DNA of 62,974 nt, the filler included, from Globobulimina sp. (Eukaryota), in NCBI GenBank assembly GCA_003354225.1. It is 35 parts of 35 records of this genome, joined end to end, with 100 filler letters (N's around TTAATTAATTAA, not from the genome) between each part and the next. Parts side by side here need not be neighbours in the genome. Positions count along the whole stretch, not along the records: positions 59,473 to 61,173 come from PIVH01012959.1; positions 61,274 to 62,974 come from PIVH01012960.1; 33 more parts are not named here. One strand, 5' to 3'. Numbering within the stretch: the stretch's first letter is position 1; each line of letters begins with the position of its first letter. Positions 59,590 through 62,974 of this stretch are shown here, piece after piece. The position numbers were made by a program, and so were the translations under genes. Under the pieces are notes generated by a model. That model did not search any database. It saw only the letters and a list, made by a program, of their open reading frames with translations, and had not been told where the DNA came from.

Positions 59590-59905
59590 CACCACCACCT
59601 CCTCATCATCCACACCCCCATCCACATTCCCATCAACACCATCCTCCACCTCCACCTCCTCATCCCATCCCATCCACATCCCATCCACATCCCATCCCAT
59701 CCACATCGACCTCCCCATCAACCTCTTCATCACGTCCCATCCCAACCTCCACCTCCTCATCCTCCACCTCCTCATCCTCATCCTCCTCATCCTCCACATC
59801 CTCCACCTCCTCATCCACTACCTCCTCATCCAAACACCAAATCCACCGCATCATCCACTGCCAAATCCACCACCAAATTCACGGCAAAATCCACCTCCAC
59901 AATTC
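59590..59905. repeat. C/A-rich low-complexity repeat (CCTCAT/CATCC/CCA)
   Basis: Direct inspection. Confidence 0.85.
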
Positions 59906-60550
59906 ACCCTAACGCCAGCCAAATATAATTGATTGTATACATAAACAAATCAGTCCATGTCAGCATTGACTTCATAATATACGTTGCAATAAAAGTGTTT
60001 GAAACCATTTCCACAGCTTTCTTTAGTCCATAAGATGACTGAATATGTTATTGTAAAACCTATCTGATTGATACAACACACAAATACCAAAAGCACAAAG
60101 CAAGCAAAATGACGAAAGAGTTAGTGTGCTGATGCCTAGTTTGTGAGGTGATAACAGAGATTTTAAGATTTTAACGAAGTAAGCTAAGTAAGATTTTAAG
60201 ATCATAGCAGCAAGACCAAAAACGTCACAGTGTGTTTTGTTTTAGTTACGTCACATTAGTTGGAAATATGGGACGTTTAATGGTCAAAATTAGGCTAAAT
60301 TTAACGATTTTTCGCGAAAACTTCACAAAGTTCGAAGAAATTTAACTTTTGTAAATGACACTATTTTAAATTTGTATTTACGTCATTTCAATGTTTGATA
60401 TCCATATTACGTTGCTTTCAAATGTAAAAAAGAACCTTTGTCTAAATTTATCACAATTTGGTTTTCAAAAATTTTATTTTTGCAGCTGCAACGATTTTTC
60501 GCATAATCGCATAATTGTTGTATTTTTATTGAATTTTCGTATATTTTTGT

Positions 60551-60784
60551 TATAAAAGAATAAATATATTTATGGATAAGATTAAACAAACTGGGTAGTG
60601 TTTGTTGGTATAAAAGAATAAATATATTTATGGATAAGACGGAACAATCTGGGTAGTGTTTGTTGGTATAAAAGAATAAATATATTTATGGATAAGTTTG
60701 AACAAACTGGGTAGTGTTTGTTGGTATAAAAGAATAAATACATTTATGGATAAGATTAAACAAACTGGGTAGTGTTTGTTGGTA
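60551..60784. repeat. Four tandem 58-bp repeats, plus a partial diverged copy near 60910
   Basis: TATAAAAGAATAAATATATTTATGGATAAG..CTGGGTAGTGTTTGTTGG at 60551, 60609, 60667 and 60725. Confidence 0.95.
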
Positions 60785-62147
60785 GTTCTTTGGCTACATT
60801 TTTTTTATTATTTTTCTGAATTACAAAAAAAACATAGTGCTTCTATTTTTTAGATATTTTCAGAGTGTTAAAATTATAGCGAAGAATCTATAAACTTTTT
60901 TAACTTTTTTATAAAAGAATAAACATCTTTATCGATAAGATTAAACAATCTGAGTACATCTAGTATAATAATATTCCATTAATATAATAATAAATAGCAT
61001 TAATATAGCATTAATATGGCATTAATAGGGCATTAATATAGACCCAATATTATTTAGCATTAATATATATTCATATTAATGCATCATGTTAATGCTAAAA
61101 GCATTAACATATGTGGCACATTTTTTGCGGAACAGAATTGTGGAGTTTTTGCTATGTTTTATGGAACAATCATNNNNNNNNNNNNNNNNNNNNNNNNNNN
61201 NNNNNNNNNNNNNNNNNTTAATTAATTAANNNNNNNNNNNNNNNNNNNNNNNNNNNNNNNNNNNNNNNNNNNNGAGGACGATTATCGGAGTTATCTGGCA
61301 TAACGAGGATGGGTGATAACGTTGTTGTGTTTGTGACTGGAGGATGTGTCGAGGACTAAAAGCGAAAAATACGCGAAAACTTCAAGTTCACTGAGGTTTT
61401 AGTCGTATTTTGTTAAGCGCATAATTAACATAGAAACATTTGTTTGTCTACGATAAACAGTCCAGTTTTTGTTTGTAATCAACTCATATTTTTTATTCTT
61501 TCTTTTTCTTTTTTTCTCTTTTTCTTTTTTTCTTTTTTTATTAATGTGTCATCGCTCATTTAAATTTATTTTTTTCTTTTATTTTGCGGGCGGAATACCA
61601 ATTGAATTGTATACAAACAGTGGAAAATATCATATGAATTCTATCGGCCTTTTCATTGACTTTTTTGTTCATTTTTATAAATGTTTATAACAATAACAAC
61701 AGAGGAAGCAGCTCAATGTGTAATTCATTGTGTTTTGGCAGATCGGAGGCTTCCAACATTTGCTGCAGGTGGATATCATTCAAATTTTAAATCTTTTACA
61801 TTATAATCTAATATCAAAATGTATATGTTTGAATATAAAAAAAAAAAAAGTGAAACCCCTTTGTTTTTTTTTTCCAATTTACAGCAATAATTCATATACT
61901 CAATGGAGTGTCGATAATTTTGTGCCTTGAATCCTAATTTGAATATAACGGTTTGGTGATGAGAGAGAGGCTTAATGTGCTTAGGTTAAGTCATTAGCAA
62001 ATCCATTGAGTATGTGAATGGGACAAATGCTACAACATAGCACGCAAAGCGCCAGAATTCACGGATATGATACAATATACTAGCGCCAGAATTCACGAAT
62101 ATGAACACAAAAAAACTAGTAAGTAGTAGTAAGAGTATACTTTTTGC

Positions 62148-62974
62148 ATGGCTGACTTTGAAGTAATTCCACCGGTTAGTCCCATTGATACAGATGTAAT
62201 ACCTCTAAAACAGAAACCAAACGAAGTTCAAATATCATATAACGAAGAAGAAGAAGAAGAGGAAAGTAAAAGTTTCAAAGCAAATAATACTAATTTGGAA
62301 GATGCAACAAATTTATTAATAGCAAAATCAGATGCAAATTATTTGGAAGATGATTATGTTTTGGAATATTTGGACCGCAATAAACAATCGCGAGCCAAAT
62401 CATTATTTGTATTTTTTAAACCAAAAATAGTGACTATGGTACAATTAACCTCTCGCGGCTTGGCCTTAATTGATATGGTGACAGATATAAATTTATTATA
62501 TAAATCACAATTGTCTTCCAACGGCGCATTAACTGTCTGCTTATTTTTATCCATTGTCTCGCCGTATTTATTGCAATATTCGTGCGGTATCAAATTATTT
62601 ACATTAAATCGTACATTTGAAAGATTAAAAGGATTAAAAAAATTATTTGTTGTATTATTTTTATTACCATTTGGTGTTTTGTTCTTTGTTTTTTTAGATT
62701 TATTTGATATATTTTTTAATTTCTATGTGGTGGTTCAGTTATTATTTTGTTGCAGCTCTCTGGTCGATATACAAAGGACTGAGGAAGACGTTGCTGCCCA
62801 GTTGGGAATGGACAGAATGAACTGGGAAGGCATTAAGAGACAGAAAAAAGTGTCTCAACTGATGTTTGAGAGTATACCGTACGTACTTCGTTTTTGTGTT
62901 TGTATACCAATACCAATCTAAATCTAACTATGTAGTCAGGTGACGCTTCAATGTTTGCTATTTTTCGAGATACT
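62148..62974 (+). CDS. Multi-pass membrane protein, XK-related-like (3' partial)
   Basis: DMVTDINLL..; intron 62879-62935 gives QLMFESIPQVTLQ (E-S-x-P-Q motif). Confidence 0.5.

Noticed and set aside
59425-59928. His/Pro-rich, Arg/Trp/Met-rich or Glu/Asp-rich ORFs
   Set aside because: Low-complexity repeat that lacks stops by composition; no independent coding evidence
60551-60784. CRISPR array
   Set aside because: Contiguous 58-bp units with no unique spacers, and no cas genes
1-62974. Any operon or multi-gene system spanning neighbouring contigs, and the regular ~1.8-kb periodicity
   Set aside because: Artefact of length-sorted concatenation with synthetic spacers

Overview
This window is not one locus. 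It is a concatenation of 35 unrelated, length-sorted contigs (1703, 1702 and 1701 bp) joined by artificial 100-bp spacers (N44-TTAATTAATTAA-N44), so gene neighbourhood is meaningful only within a contig. Most contigs are AT-rich, gene-dense eukaryotic DNA in the standard code, with short (50-107 nt) GT-AG introns. The gene style (SPRY-like repeats, P-T/S repeat tails, 7TM/RGS proteins, LxxG[YF]xR motifs, many decayed genes) suggests a foraminiferan/Reticulomyxa-like rhizarian protist; this is my inference, not a database result. Recognisable genes: Arp2, Ubc9, MSH5, PIG-F, an Rh ammonium transporter, ABCC/AAAP/DMT/CaCA transporters, EXD2, a class I PI3K, a GT23 fucosyltransferase, a Cys-less pentameric ion channel, and a class V aminotransferase. 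Highlights: (1) a decayed GGDEF (diguanylate cyclase-like) gene that breaks at a possible splice donor inside its R-x-G-G motif; (2) a complete 1040-bp TIR element with a 3-bp ATT duplication that splits a zinc-ribbon gene and carries five palindromic TGAC-N2-GTCA-like sites; (3) unusual domain-shuffled proteins, including a stand-alone dynein microtubule-binding domain; (4) many GTT-type 5' splice sites; (5) bacterial fragments (chemotaxis protein, modC) fused to eukaryotic DNA, probably amplification or assembly chimeras; (6) Penelope-like and Helentron/HINE-like remnants. I found no rRNA, tRNA or CRISPR array. All family assignments come from motif recognition by eye.
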